DNA of 64,000 nucleotides from Oscillospiraceae bacterium (GTDB lineage Bacteria > Bacillota > Clostridia > Oscillospirales > Oscillospiraceae). The position numbers and the translations under genes are program-made. This document shows, one piece after another, positions 8,339 to 18,456 of the stretch (position 1 is the first letter of the stretch; each line of letters opens with the position of its first letter). The stretch spans positions 6,619 through 70,618 of the forward strand of contig CACYXE010000015.1 in NCBI GenBank assembly GCA_902778275.1, read 5' to 3'. Below the pieces are notes generated by a model. It had not been told where the DNA came from, did no database searches, and worked only from the letters and a program-made list of their open reading frames with translations.

Positions 8339-10576
8339 TCAGCTGCCGTTGCGGGTGACGCTGGTCACAGCGGGGATCGCCTGCAGGCGGCCCATGATGT
8401 AACGCACCTCGGCGGCGTTTTTGACCTCCAGCGTGATCACGGTGAGGGCCAGGTTCCCGCCGGTGTTGCGGGAGGAGAGATTTCGCACCTTGGCGTTGAG
8501 GGCGTTGAGCACGGTGGCAATGTCCATGACCAGGCCGGAACGGTCTTTGGAAGCAATGGTCAGGGTGGTCACGTAGCTGTCGGTGGTCTCCCTCGCCCAG
8601 GACACACGAATCCAGCGGCCCTCGTTCTCGGCGTTGGCCAGGCTCTTCTGATAGTTGCTGCAGTCCTTGCGGTGGATGGATACACCCTGCCCGCGGGTGA
8701 TGAAGCCGATGATATCGTCGCCGGGCACGGGGGTGCAGCAGCGGGAGAACTTGATCAGGCAATTGTCCAGCCCCTCTACCAGGATCCCGTGGACAGCCTT
8801 GCCCTCTTTTTTTGCGTTCTGCTCCCGGCGCTCCGCCGCGGCTGCGACCTTATCCAGCGCGGTCTTGCGGTCGGGCTTGGCGTTCTTGATCTCGTCCCGC
8901 AGACGGTTGGCCACCCGGCCCACGGTGATGCCGCCGTAGCCGATGGCGGCATACATGTCCTCCGTAGAGGTGTAGGAGAGGCGCTTGAGGATGGGGGCCA
9001 GGATCTCCTCGTCCAGCACATCATCCAGGGACAGGCCGTTGTGCTTGAGCTCGTCCTCCAGCATTTCCCTGCCGCGGATCACGTTTTCTTCCCGCCGCTC
9101 CTTCTTGTACCACTGCTTGATCTTGGTACGGGCGGAACCGCTCTTGACGATGTTCAGCCAGTCACGGCTGGGGCCGGGGGCGGATTTGGAGGTGCGGATC
9201 TCCACGATATCGCCGTTTTGCAGCACATAGTCATAGGTGACGATGCGGCCGTTGACTTTTGCGCCCACCATGTGGTTGCCCACGTCGGAATGGATGCTGT
9301 AGGCGAAGTCGATGGGGGTGGCGCCCGCCGGCAGGTTGATCACGTCGCCCTTGGGGGAGAACACGAACACCTCGTCGGCAAACATATCGATCTTCAGATC
9401 GTGGAAAAAGTCCTGCGCGTCGGACTCCTGCTGGGTCTCCAGCAGGCGCCGTACCCAGGCGAACTTGTCCTCGTCGCCGCTGCGTACCGCGTCACCGCCG
9501 TCGGACATTTTGTATTTCCAATGAGCCGCGATGCCGTACTCGGCGGTATGGTGCATCTCCCAGGTGCGGATCTGCACCTCAAAGGGGATGCCTTCCGTGC
9601 CGATGACGGTGGTATGCACGCTCTGATACATGTTGGGCTTGGGGGTGGAGATATAATCCTTGAAACGGCCCGGCACAGGCTTGAACATGTCGTGGATGAT
9701 TCCGAGCACATTATAGCAGTCGGGGATGGTGTCTACGATCACACGGAAAGCGCACAGGTCGAAGATGCCGTCGATGTCCAGCTTCTGGGCGTACATCTTC
9801 CGGTAAATGCTGTAGACGTGCTTGATGCGGCTGTAAATGGTGGCCTGGATGCCCAGGGCCTCCAGCCGGTCCTGGATCTTCTTCTCCATGCTGGACATAA
9901 AGCCCTCCAGCATGGGGAGCTTCTCCTCCAGAGACTTGGTGATCTCCATATAGCCGGCGGGGTCCAGGTACTGCAGGGACAAGTCCTCCAGCTCCCACTT
10001 GGCCCGCTGCATGCCCAGACGGTGGGCGATGGGGGCGTAGATCTCCATAGTCTCCAGAGACTTGGCCCGCTGCTTTTCGGTGGTCTGGTAGGCCATGGTC
10101 CGCATGTTGTGGAGCCGGTCGGCGATCTTGATGAGGATCACGCGGATGTCCTTGGCCATAGCCATGAGCATCTTGCGCAGGTTCTCCATCTGCTCCTCTT
10201 CCTTGCTGGTGTACTGGACACGGGTCAGCTTGGTAACGCCTTCCACGATATCCGCCACCGGGACACCGAACTGATGGGCGATATCCGCATGGGTCAGGGT
10301 AGTGTCTTCGATCACATCGTGCAGCAGGGCCGCGACGATGGAATCCTCATCCAGACCCAGATCCACCGTGATATCCGCGGCGGCCACGCAATGGGTCACA
10401 TAGGGAGAGCCGTCCTTGCGCAACTGCCCCGCGTGGGCCTGCTTGGCCATCTCATAGGCGGCGCGGATGCGCTCCATATTCACAGGATGCCCGGAAGTAC
10501 GCAGCTTTTCCTCCAACTGAGAGAACATAAGATCCGGATCCAGGGGCTTATTCTCTTGTAGCATTTCTTCCTGCAT
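8339..10576 (-). CDS. relA: Bifunctional (p)ppGpp synthetase/hydrolase (RelA/SpoT homologue)
   Basis: Start trimmed to MQEEMLQ (ATG 10576, AAGGAG SD). HD hydrolase motif HDVIEDT, synthetase domain, TGS and ACT-like C-terminus. Confidence 0.92.
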   Translation of the reverse strand: MQEEMLQENKPLDPDLMFSQLEEKLRTSGHPVNMERIRAAYEMAKQAHAGQLRKDGSPYVTHCVAAADITVDLGLDEDSIVAALLHDVIEDTTLTHADIAHQFGVPVADIVEGVTKLTRVQYTSKEEEQMENLRKMLMAMAKDIRVILIKIADRLHNMRTMAYQTTEKQRAKSLETMEIYAPIAHRLGMQRAKWELEDLSLQYLDPAGYMEITKSLEEKLPMLEGFMSSMEKKIQDRLEALGIQATIYSRIKHVYSIYRKMYAQKLDIDGIFDLCAFRVIVDTIPDCYNVLGIIHDMFKPVPGRFKDYISTPKPNMYQSVHTTVIGTEGIPFEVQIRTWEMHHTAEYGIAAHWKYKMSDGGDAVRSGDEDKFAWVRRLLETQQESDAQDFFHDLKIDMFADEVFVFSPKGDVINLPAGATPIDFAYSIHSDVGNHMVGAKVNGRIVTYDYVLQNGDIVEIRTSKSAPGPSRDWLNIVKSGSARTKIKQWYKKERREENVIRGREMLEDELKHNGLSLDDVLDEEILAPILKRLSYTSTEDMYAAIGYGGITVGRVANRLRDEIKNAKPDRKTALDKVAAAAERREQNAKKEGKAVHGILVEGLDNCLIKFSRCCTPVPGDDIIGFITRGQGVSIHRKDCSNYQKSLANAENEGRWIRVSWARETTDSYVTTLTIASKDRSGLVMDIATVLNALNAKVRNLSSRNTGGNLALTVITLEVKNAAEVRYIMGRLQAIPAVTSVTRNGS

Positions 10577-10586
10577 GGCGCACTCC

Positions 10587-12602
10587 TTATGATCGCGGCA
10601 TAGAACGCAGAGTCCGGAGAATGTGGGTCGCTTCCAGATCGGCCTTGCCCTGAATCTCAACAGCCTCCGCTCCGAAAATACCGCCATCGGGGCCGGAAAG
10701 CAGCCCGGCCTCCAGCAAAGCGATCAGACAAATGCAATAGGTTTCCGGCAGCATACCGTCGGGGCACTGTTCCAGAATGGACTGCGCGTCAGCCCCCATA
10801 CGGAGCTTGCCCTTGCTCTCCCGCCAGATGCGCACAAAGTCCGCACGGACGGGGCAGGCGTCCGCCGCCGCCCAGAGACAGTCTCCTTGCTGCTCCAGGA
10901 TGTCCCGGCACAGCGGGGCGGCTTCGTGCTTCCGGGCGGCTGCCACCTGCAGCTGCACGGAGACATGACCGCGAAATTCATTGACTTTGGGATGGAAGGC
11001 CAGGTCGATCCGGTCGCCCTCGTGGATGTCCAGATCTTCGGCGGTATGGGAAAAGAATATCCCCTCAAAGCTGCTTTGCCCCAGGCGGACACGCAGCCGC
11101 AGATGGCGTCCGCCGCCCACATTGCAGGCATTGAGGACTTCCGCGCCGCTGAGACACAAGATGGGACGGGGATTGCCGTTCCCGTAGGGCTCCAGCAGAT
11201 CCAGCTGCTGCACGGAATCGATGCTGAGCATGGCCGGATCCCGGATCAGCAGATCGCATTGGACCTCCGGCTGGGGCTCGGGCCGGTTGTTCCGATAATA
11301 GGCGGACAGCGCCCGGCGAAAATCCTCCACCTTGTCCCGGCGAACGTTGAGACCGGCGGCAAGCGCGTGCCCGCCGAAATCGATCAACTGGTCCGAGCAG
11401 GCGCCCAGCGCTTCAAAGAGATTGAAATTGCCGTAGCTGCGGCAGGAGCCCTTGCCCAGTTCGCCGTTGAGACAGATCATGATGGCGGGTACCGAGAACT
11501 GCTCCGCCAGGCGGGAGGCGGCGATACCGATCACGCCCTGATGCCAGTTGTCGCTGGCCAGAACGATGGGCTGATCGGGGACATTGTCCGGCAGGAGCAT
11601 CTGCGCCTCCTCCCAGATCTCCATTTCGATGTTCTGGCGCTGGCGGTTCAGCTCACACAGCTCTGCCGCCAGGGGAGCGGCCTGCTCCAGACTGGCGCAC
11701 ATGAGCAGATCCAGGGCCTTGCCTGTTTGACCCAAACGGCCGGCGGCATTGAGCCGGGGGGCCAGACCAAAGCCGATGCTGGCGGCGGTAAGCCGCTGGG
11801 GATCCAAAGAGGCCTCCTTCAGCATGGCGGCAAAACCCGGTCGGGGCCGTTGGGCCAGCATGGCAAGCCCCCGGCGGACCAGGTAACGGTTTTCCTCTGT
11901 CAGGGGCATCACGTCCGCCACGGTGCCCACGGCCACCAGATCGGCATAGCGGTCCAGCATGGCCTCGCTGCTGCCTTCACAGGCGCAGGCCAATTTCAGC
12001 GCCATGCCCACACCGGCCAGCTTGTCGTTGGGATAGCTGTCCCCGGGCTGCTTGCAGTCGACGACCGAGACCGCATCGGGCAGGCCGTCGTTTTTGCATT
12101 CATGATGATCGGTGACGATCATATCCAGACCCAGAGAGCGGGCATAGTCGGCCTCCGCCACGGCGGTGATGCCGCAGTCCACGGTGATCACCAGGCTGAC
12201 GCCCTGAGCCTTCAGCGCGTCCAGCGCGGCGCAGTTGAGCCCGTAGCCCTCCTCGCTCCGGTCAGGGATATAGGGGAGACAATGCAGACCCTTGCTGCGC
12301 AGGTAATCCGTCAGGAGACAGGTGGAGGTGATGCCGTCTACGTCATAGTCGCCGTACACAGCCACGGTCTCTCCATGGTCGATGGCCATGCGGACCCGGG
12401 CAACGGCGGTATCCATCCCCAGGATCAGGAAGGGGTCGTGGAGGCATTCCATACCGCCCTCGATCAGCCCGTGGGCCGCCGCTGCGGTGCGGATGCCGCG
12501 CAGGGCCAGGACAGCAGAAAGCAGCGGCCCGTAGCCCGCCTGCAGCAGCGCCGCCGGAATCTCCGGCCTGGCATATGGAATTTTCCATTCCTTTTTGTCC
12601 AT
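10587..12602 (-). CDS. recJ: Single-stranded-DNA-specific exonuclease RecJ
   Basis: DHH family motifs (YGDYDVDG, VTDHHE) and GGH motif (FGGHALAAG). Start taken at MDKKEW (ATG 12602). Confidence 0.9.
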   Translation of the reverse strand: MDKKEWKIPYARPEIPAALLQAGYGPLLSAVLALRGIRTAAAAHGLIEGGMECLHDPFLILGMDTAVARVRMAIDHGETVAVYGDYDVDGITSTCLLTDYLRSKGLHCLPYIPDRSEEGYGLNCAALDALKAQGVSLVITVDCGITAVAEADYARSLGLDMIVTDHHECKNDGLPDAVSVVDCKQPGDSYPNDKLAGVGMALKLACACEGSSEAMLDRYADLVAVGTVADVMPLTEENRYLVRRGLAMLAQRPRPGFAAMLKEASLDPQRLTAASIGFGLAPRLNAAGRLGQTGKALDLLMCASLEQAAPLAAELCELNRQRQNIEMEIWEEAQMLLPDNVPDQPIVLASDNWHQGVIGIAASRLAEQFSVPAIMICLNGELGKGSCRSYGNFNLFEALGACSDQLIDFGGHALAAGLNVRRDKVEDFRRALSAYYRNNRPEPQPEVQCDLLIRDPAMLSIDSVQQLDLLEPYGNGNPRPILCLSGAEVLNACNVGGGRHLRLRVRLGQSSFEGIFFSHTAEDLDIHEGDRIDLAFHPKVNEFRGHVSVQLQVAAARKHEAAPLCRDILEQQGDCLWAAADACPVRADFVRIWRESKGKLRMGADAQSILEQCPDGMLPETYCICLIALLEAGLLSGPDGGIFGAEAVEIQGKADLEATHILRTLRSMPRS

Positions 12603-12691
12603 GCCCACACCCAAAAACAATTAATAATTTATATTACCAGAATTCGACGTGTTATTCAATAGCGACAGGCATATTTCAAGCCTTTTTGCGC

Positions 12692-13273
12692 TTATTTGCT
12701 GTAATCCTCCAGCCGCCGGATGCTGCCGCTGAGAACCTCCGCGTGCTCCACGTGATCCAGCGCCTCTTCCGGCGTGGCGCAGAAGCCGAACAGACGCAGG
12801 CAGTTGCGGCTCATAAAACCGCCGTCCGCCGCCGTGTAAAGCATGGCCAGCATCGCGTCATAATAGCGCAGCGTGTTGAGCACGGCAATGGGCTTGCCGT
12901 GACGGCCCAGCTGCTTCAGAGTCAGCGTTTCAAAAAATTCTTCCAGCGTGCCGATTCCGCCGGGGAGGACGATGAAGGCGTCGCTCTGCTCCTCCATGAG
13001 CTGTTTGCGTTCCCGCATGGTTTCGGTAAAGAGAAAGCGGGTGCAGCCGGGGAAGAGGATACCCGGCTCGTCAAAGAAGCGGGGCGCGATGCCGGTGATC
13101 TCACCGCCTTGCCGGGCGGCGCCTTCCGCGCATGCGCCCATCAGGCCACCCTGCCCGCCGCCGAAAACCAGGCTGTGTCCGCCTGCGGCGAGCAGTTCGC
13201 CCAGCTTATGTGCCGCTTCGAAATATTCCGCTGCCAGCTCGCTGCCGGAAGCCCCAAAAACGCAGATCCGCAT
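12692..13273 (-). CDS. LOG family (TIGR00730) nucleotide 5'-monophosphate nucleosidase
   Basis: VFGGGQGGLMG and PGGIGTLEE motifs. Confidence 0.85.
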   Translation of the reverse strand: MRICVFGASGSELAAEYFEAAHKLGELLAAGGHSLVFGGGQGGLMGACAEGAARQGGEITGIAPRFFDEPGILFPGCTRFLFTETMRERKQLMEEQSDAFIVLPGGIGTLEEFFETLTLKQLGRHGKPIAVLNTLRYYDAMLAMLYTAADGGFMSRNCLRLFGFCATPEEALDHVEHAEVLSGSIRRLEDYSK

Positions 13274-13348
13274 AGGTATCCCTCGTTCATCTACTTTATA
13301 TTTTATTTTATTATTATAGCATTCTCTCTGATTTTTGAAAACCCCAAC

Positions 13349-13377
13349 TTGACCGGAAATGGCGTTTGCGCTATAGT
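13349..13377 (+). promoter_or_regulatory. Sigma-A-like promoter of the metal ABC operon
   Basis: TTGACC, 17 nt, TATAGT, 25 nt upstream of the ATG. Confidence 0.5.
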
Positions 13378-13401
13378 AGGAAACTGGATCGGAGGGAGCC
13401 C

Positions 13402-14349
13402 ATGAAGAGATTTATCCCGATTCTGCTGACGCTTTCGTTATGCCTGGCCCTGTGCGGCTGCGGCGGCGCGGCGGCAGAACCTGAAAAGACAAGTGACAAA
13501 TTGCAGATCGTGGCGACGGTATTCCCCGCCTATGATTTCTCCCGGCAGATCGCGGGGGAGCGTGCGGCGGTGACCCTGCTGATCCCGCCCGGCGCGGAGG
13601 TGCACAGCTTTGAGCCTACGGCCAAAGACATGGTGCGCATACAAAACGCGGATCTGCTGGTCTGCAACGGCGGCGAGTCTGAGGAATGGCTGGAGCAGCT
13701 GCTGGAAGGGCAGGATGCCCCGCTGCATATGCTCAGCATGCTGGACTGTGTGGACGCCCTGGAGGAAGAAACGGTCGAGGGGATGCAGGAAGCGGATGAG
13801 GATGCGGAGGAAGAGGGCCCGGAGTATGACGAGCACGTCTGGACCTCTCCTGTCAACGCCCAGCACATCTGCCGCGCCTTGGCTGACAGCCTGAGCCAGG
13901 TGGACCCGGAAGGGGCGGGCGTGTATCAGGCCAACTGTGACGCCTACTGCGAAAAGCTCCAGGTTTTGGACGAGGCCTTTCGCCAGGTGGTGGACGGCGC
14001 CGCCCGGCACACCGTGATCTTTGCCGACCGCTTCCCGGCGCGCTATTTCGTGGAGGAATACGGGCTGGATTACTATGCGGCCTTTCCCGGCTGTGCGGAG
14101 GACACGGAACCCGCCGCCGGGACTGTGGCGTTTCTGATCGACAAGCTGCGTGAGGAGAAGATCCCAGCCGTTTTTTATATCGAGTTTTCCAATGAAAAAA
14201 TGGCGGATATCATCTGTGAGGACACCGGCTGCAAGAAGCTGCTGTTCCACTCCTGCCACAGCATCAGCGCGGACGATCTGAAGGCGGGGGTCGGTTATCT
14301 GGAACTGATGCAGAACAACGTGACGACACTCGGGGAGGCTTTGCGCTGA
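13402..14349 (+). CDS. Metal (Zn/Mn) ABC transporter substrate-binding lipoprotein, ZnuA/TroA family
   Basis: Start trimmed to MKRFIPILLTLSLCLALCGCGG (lipobox). TroA-like fold motifs and an acidic flexible loop. Confidence 0.85.
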   Translation: MKRFIPILLTLSLCLALCGCGGAAAEPEKTSDKLQIVATVFPAYDFSRQIAGERAAVTLLIPPGAEVHSFEPTAKDMVRIQNADLLVCNGGESEEWLEQLLEGQDAPLHMLSMLDCVDALEEETVEGMQEADEDAEEEGPEYDEHVWTSPVNAQHICRALADSLSQVDPEGAGVYQANCDAYCEKLQVLDEAFRQVVDGAARHTVIFADRFPARYFVEEYGLDYYAAFPGCAEDTEPAAGTVAFLIDKLREEKIPAVFYIEFSNEKMADIICEDTGCKKLLFHSCHSISADDLKAGVGYLELMQNNVTTLGEALR

Positions 14350-15056
14350 TGGCGATCCTGGAATGTAAAAATCTGTGCCTCGCCTATGACGGGAAGATGG
14401 TGCTGGAAGGCGTCAACTTCTCCCTCCAGGCGGGGAACTACCTGTGCGTGGTGGGAGAGAACGGCTCCGGCAAATCCACGCTTATTAAGGGCCTCCTGGG
14501 CCTGAAGGCGCCGGACAGCGGCAGCATCCTCTATGGGGAAGGGCTCAAGAGCACGGAGATCGGCTATCTGCCCCAGCAGACCCAGCTGCAGCGGGATTTC
14601 CCCGCCAGCGTGGGTGAGGTGGTGCTCTCCGGCTGTCTCAATTCCCTGGGCGGCAGGCTGCACTACAATGCGGCGGACAAGGCCCTGGCCCGTATGAATA
14701 TGGAGCGCATGGGTATTGAGGACCTGGCAAAGCAGAGCTACCAGGCGCTCTCCGGTGGGCAGCAGCAGCGGGTGCTGCTGGCGCGGGCTCTCTGTGCCAC
14801 CAAAAAGATGCTGCTGCTGGACGAGCCGGTCACCGGTCTGGACCCCATTGCCACCGGGGAGATGTACAATCTCATCAAGCTGGTGAACCTCTGTGACGAT
14901 ATCACTGTCATCATGGTGTCCCACGATATCCATGAGGCGGTCCGCTATGCCACGCACATCCTGCATCTGGGACAGCGGCAGCTGTTTTTCGGCACGGCGG
15001 CGGAATACCGCGAGAGCGACCTGGCCCGGCGCTTTTTGGGAGGGAATCGGATATGA
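14349..15056 (+). CDS. Metal ABC transporter ATP-binding protein (ZnuC-like)
   Basis: Walker A GENGSGKST, signature LSGGQQQR, Walker B LLLLDEP. Start overlaps the upstream stop. Confidence 0.88.
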   Translation: MAILECKNLCLAYDGKMVLEGVNFSLQAGNYLCVVGENGSGKSTLIKGLLGLKAPDSGSILYGEGLKSTEIGYLPQQTQLQRDFPASVGEVVLSGCLNSLGGRLHYNAADKALARMNMERMGIEDLAKQSYQALSGGQQQRVLLARALCATKKMLLLDEPVTGLDPIATGEMYNLIKLVNLCDDITVIMVSHDIHEAVRYATHILHLGQRQLFFGTAAEYRESDLARRFLGGNRI

Positions 15057-15862
15057 CGGAAATCCTGCATATGCTTTCCTACCATTTCATGCAGCGGGCG
15101 CTGATCGTAGGCGTGCTGGTCAGTCTCTGCGCCGCGCTGCTGGGCGTGTCCCTGGTGCTCAAGCGCTACTCCATGATCGGCGACGGCCTGTCCCATGTGG
15201 GCTTTGGCGCCCTGGCCATCGCCTCCGCGCTGCATCTGGCGCCGCTGGCGGTGGCGGTCCCGGTGGTGGTCGTGACGGCGGTACTGCTGCTGCGGCTCAG
15301 CGAGAGCAGCCGCGTCAAGGGGGACGCCGCCATCGCGCTGATCTCCAGCAGCGCCCTGGCCATCGGCGTGATCAGCGTGTCCGTGACCACGGGCATGAAC
15401 ACCGAGGTCTCCAACTACATGTTCGGCAGCATCCTGTCTCTCAGCCGCTCCGACGCTGTGCTGAGCGTGCTGCTGTCCGTCGCGGTGCTGGTGCTGTTCA
15501 TCCTGTTTTATCCCCGGCTTTTCGCGGTGACCTTTGATGAGAGCTTTGCCCGGGCTACCGGGACCAGGGCCGGTTCCTACAACATGCTGCTGGCAGTGCT
15601 CACGGCCATTACCGTGGTGTTGGGCATGCGCATGATGGGCGCGCTGCTGATCTCCAGTCTGATCATTTTCCCGGCGCTGTCCGCGATGCGGGTGTGCAGG
15701 AGCTTTCGCGCCGTCATCCTGTGCGCGGCGGCGATCTCTGTGCTGTGCTTCCTTATTGGGGCGGTGGCCTCCTACTTCCTGGAGACGCCCACGGGCGCCA
15801 GCATCGTGGTGGCGAACCTCCTGTGCTTTGCCGGTTTTTCCCTTGCAGGAATGAAAAATTGA
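15053..15862 (+). CDS. Metal ABC transporter permease (ZnuB-like)
   Basis: Polytopic 269-aa protein of ABC-3 type. ATGA overlap with the ATPase gene. Confidence 0.85.
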   Translation: MTEILHMLSYHFMQRALIVGVLVSLCAALLGVSLVLKRYSMIGDGLSHVGFGALAIASALHLAPLAVAVPVVVVTAVLLLRLSESSRVKGDAAIALISSSALAIGVISVSVTTGMNTEVSNYMFGSILSLSRSDAVLSVLLSVAVLVLFILFYPRLFAVTFDESFARATGTRAGSYNMLLAVLTAITVVLGMRMMGALLISSLIIFPALSAMRVCRSFRAVILCAAAISVLCFLIGAVASYFLETPTGASIVVANLLCFAGFSLAGMKN

Positions 15863-15871
15863 ATTGCCGAC

Positions 15872-15938
15872 TTGCCCCGAATATGCATTTTTGACGTGCA
15901 CATTCGGGGCAAAACGAATATTAAAGAAAAATATTCGT
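15872..15938 (+). terminator. Two consecutive hairpins ending the metal ABC operon
   Basis: TTGCCCCGAAT...ATTCGGGGCAA (15872..15912), then ACGAATATT-N7-AATATTCGT followed by a T-rich run (15914..15938). Confidence 0.6.
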
Positions 15939-15957
15939 ATATTTTTGCAAAATGCTG

Positions 15958-15986
15958 TTGACATATACGGCCTGCAGTGCTATTAT
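15958..15986 (+). promoter_or_regulatory. Sigma-A-like promoter of the amino-acid ABC operon
   Basis: TTGACA, 17 nt, TATTAT. Confidence 0.6.
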
Positions 15987-16041
15987 CACAATCGTCCACC
16001 GGACAATTTATGGATTATGACGAAATGTGAGGAATAACAAA

Positions 16042-16869
16042 ATGAAGAAGATTGTATGTATCGCTCTTGTGCTGGTCATGGTTTTGGCCCTGGCCGCGTG
16101 CGGCAGCGGCGCCAGCACCGCCAGCACTGCCAGTGCTCCGGCTGCCAAAGAGAAGCTGGTGATGGGCACCTCCGCAGACTATGCTCCCTTTGAGTTCATG
16201 TATCCCGATGACAACGGCGATCTGGTCTATGGCGGCATCGACGTCTCCGTTGCCCAGTACATTGCGGATTATACCGGCAAGGAGCTCCAGGTGGAGAACA
16301 TGGGCTTTGATTATCTGCTGGCCAGCCTGCAGAAAGGCGACTTTGACATAGTCATTGCCGCAATGGAAATCAGTGAGGAGCGTCTTAACAGCGCCGACTT
16401 CTCCGACCCCTATTACACGGACTATCCGCCTATGGTTTTGGTGAAGGCTGCCAACGCAGACCAGTACACCTCTAAGGATTCCTTTGCGGGTAAGTCTGTG
16501 GGCGCGCAGACCGCAACTACCAAGGAAGGCATCGTCAAGGATGATCTGACCGGTGCAAACCTGGTATCCCTGCAGAATGTGAACGATCTGGTCAATCAGC
16601 TGGTCAACGATAAGATCGACGCTGTGGTTCTGGATGGTGCCGTTGCTCTGCAGTTCGTAGCCTCCAACAGTGATCTGGCGGTTGCCTCTGTGGATCTGGG
16701 TGAAGCCTATCCCTACTGTGTCGCGGTTGCCAAGGGTGATCCCAAGGGACTGCTTCCCGGCATCAATGAGGCGATTGCGGACATGCTGGATAAGGGCAAG
16801 GTCACGGAGTTTGAGGACGTTGCCGCTTCTCTGGAAGATGTCTTGGTAGAGGTCTCGGCCGAGGATTGA
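16042..16869 (+). CDS. Polar amino-acid ABC transporter substrate-binding lipoprotein (family 3 SBP)
   Basis: Start trimmed to MKKIVCIALVLVMVLALAACGSG (lipobox). SBP_bac_3-like sequence. Confidence 0.85.
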   Translation: MKKIVCIALVLVMVLALAACGSGASTASTASAPAAKEKLVMGTSADYAPFEFMYPDDNGDLVYGGIDVSVAQYIADYTGKELQVENMGFDYLLASLQKGDFDIVIAAMEISEERLNSADFSDPYYTDYPPMVLVKAANADQYTSKDSFAGKSVGAQTATTKEGIVKDDLTGANLVSLQNVNDLVNQLVNDKIDAVVLDGAVALQFVASNSDLAVASVDLGEAYPYCVAVAKGDPKGLLPGINEAIADMLDKGKVTEFEDVAASLEDVLVEVSAED

Positions 16870-16971
16870 TCTTCCCGGCCTACCGTATAGTGCGAACGGT
16901 GCAGAGCCTTGAAAAAGGCTTTGCACCTTCGCGTATTTCAAGCAAGTTAATTTGCGGAAAGGAATCCCTCT

Positions 16972-17703
16972 ATGTGGTGGAGTAATCTGTTTACCGATAT
17001 GAGCCCGGCCAGCTTTTTCAATTTCTCCTTCCTGCCGAAATACGGTGTGTTTTTCATTCAGGGGATTGAGTATACGCTGATGCTGGCGGTGGTGTCGGTG
17101 CTGCTGGCTGTGATCCCGGCTTTGATGCTGGCGCTGATGCGTTTGAGCAAGAACAAACTGATCCACGCCATCTCCGGCGCCTATATTGCGCTGTTCCGAT
17201 CCACGCCGCTGCTGGTGCAGCTGTCCATCATTTATTTTGGCCTCTTTGGCGTGATCAATATCCCGCGCTATTCGCTGTTCGGCTTTGTGGATATCAGCCG
17301 CTTTATCCCCGGCGTGGTGGCCCTGGCGCTCAACAGCTCCGCCTATGTGGCTGAGATCTTCCGCGCCGGTATCCTGGCGGTGGACAAGGGGCAGACGGAG
17401 GCTTCCCGTTCCCTGGGGCTGAGTGCCTGGCAGACCATGCGCCTGGTGGTGCTGCCCCAGGCCATCAAAAATGTGCTGCCTGCTCTGGCCAACGAGATCA
17501 TCACCATGGTCAAGGAGAGCTCCATCTGCTCCACGCTGGGTATGGCTGAGCTGATGTTCGGCGCCAAGGCGGTGGCCTCGTCCACCTATATTACACTTGC
17601 CCCGTATACCCTCGCGGCATTGATTTACTTCTGCATCAACTACCCGGCTTCCAAGGGTATCGAAGCCATAGAAAGGAGGATGCGCCGTGGAGACAAGGCC
17701 TGA
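16972..17703 (+). CDS. Amino-acid ABC transporter permease (HisM/GlnP type)
   Basis: Polytopic protein with the EAA-like loop [22 protein letters not shown]. Confidence 0.87.
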   Translation: MWWSNLFTDMSPASFFNFSFLPKYGVFFIQGIEYTLMLAVVSVLLAVIPALMLALMRLSKNKLIHAISGAYIALFRSTPLLVQLSIIYFGLFGVINIPRYSLFGFVDISRFIPGVVALALNSSAYVAEIFRAGILAVDKGQTEASRSLGLSAWQTMRLVVLPQAIKNVLPALANEIITMVKESSICSTLGMAELMFGAKAVASSTYITLAPYTLAALIYFCINYPASKGIEAIERRMRRGDKA

Positions 17704-18433
17704 TCTGATCCGCGTAGAAAAGCTGACAAAAAAATACAACCACGGCCAGGTGGTCGCGCTCCATGAAAACGACCTGACGGTCAAGCGCGGCGAGGTGGTC
17801 GCCATCATCGGCCCCTCCGGTTCCGGCAAGTCCACGTTTTTGCGCTGCCTGAATCTGCTGGAAAAGCCAACCTCCGGCCACATCTATTTCGATGGAGTGG
17901 ATCTGGCGGACCGCTCTGTGGATATCAACCTGCACCGCAGGAAAATGGGTATGGTGTTTCAGCATTTTAACCTGTTTCCCCATAAGACCGTTTTGCAGAA
18001 CATCACCATGGCTCCTGTCACGCTGAAGCTGAAAACCCCGGCCGAGGCCGAGGCGAAAGCCAAACAGCTGCTGGAGCGGATCGGCCTGCCCGATAAGATC
18101 AACGAATATCCCAATATGCTCTCCGGCGGTCAGAAGCAGCGTATTGCCATTATCCGCGCCCTGGCTATGGAGCCTGAGGTGATGCTCTTTGACGAGCCCA
18201 CCTCCGCGCTGGATCCGGAAATGGTGGGCGAGGTGCTGGACCTGATGCGGGATCTGGCGAAGGACGGCATGACGATGGTGGTCGTGACACATGAGATGGG
18301 CTTTGCCCGTGAGGTGGCGGAGCGTGTGATCTTTATGGACAGCGGTTCCATCCTGGAGGAGAATACGCCTGCAGAGCTTTTCGATCATCCTCAAAATCCC
18401 AGAACACAGTTGTTCCTCTCCAAAGTGCTCTGA
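17687..18433 (+). CDS. Amino-acid ABC transporter ATP-binding protein (GlnQ-like)
   Basis: GTG start with GAAAGGAGGA SD. Walker [29 protein letters not shown]. Confidence 0.9.
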   Translation: METRPDLIRVEKLTKKYNHGQVVALHENDLTVKRGEVVAIIGPSGSGKSTFLRCLNLLEKPTSGHIYFDGVDLADRSVDINLHRRKMGMVFQHFNLFPHKTVLQNITMAPVTLKLKTPAEAEAKAKQLLERIGLPDKINEYPNMLSGGQKQRIAIIRALAMEPEVMLFDEPTSALDPEMVGEVLDLMRDLAKDGMTMVVVTHEMGFAREVAERVIFMDSGSILEENTPAELFDHPQNPRTQLFLSKVL

Positions 18434-18456
18434 GGAAAGGCGGCAGAATACAAAGA

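Noticed and set aside
15898-15909. The 12-mer GCACATTCGGGG is shared between 15898..15909 and 28076..28087, which could be a dispersed repeat.
   Set aside because: On the order of a hundred chance 12-mer coincidences are expected in 64 kb. The flanks do not extend the match, and the second copy lacks the inverted partner.
16015-17883. 622-aa minus-strand ORF. Similar long ORFs occur at 5506..7290(+), 8219..10561(+), 10623..12662(+), 26031..27725(+), 36655..38706(+), 38967..41531(-), 44001..45344(-), 50444..51976(-), 53410..55032(+), 55246..56385(-), 56079..57197(-), 57383..58678(-), 58461..59564(-) and 61958..63985(-).
   Set aside because: Each lies antisense to, or out of frame with, a gene that has clear family motifs, an SD and operon context. 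Their products are low-complexity and rich in Arg, Gly, Ala, His and Asp, which is typical of shadow frames in about 60% GC DNA.
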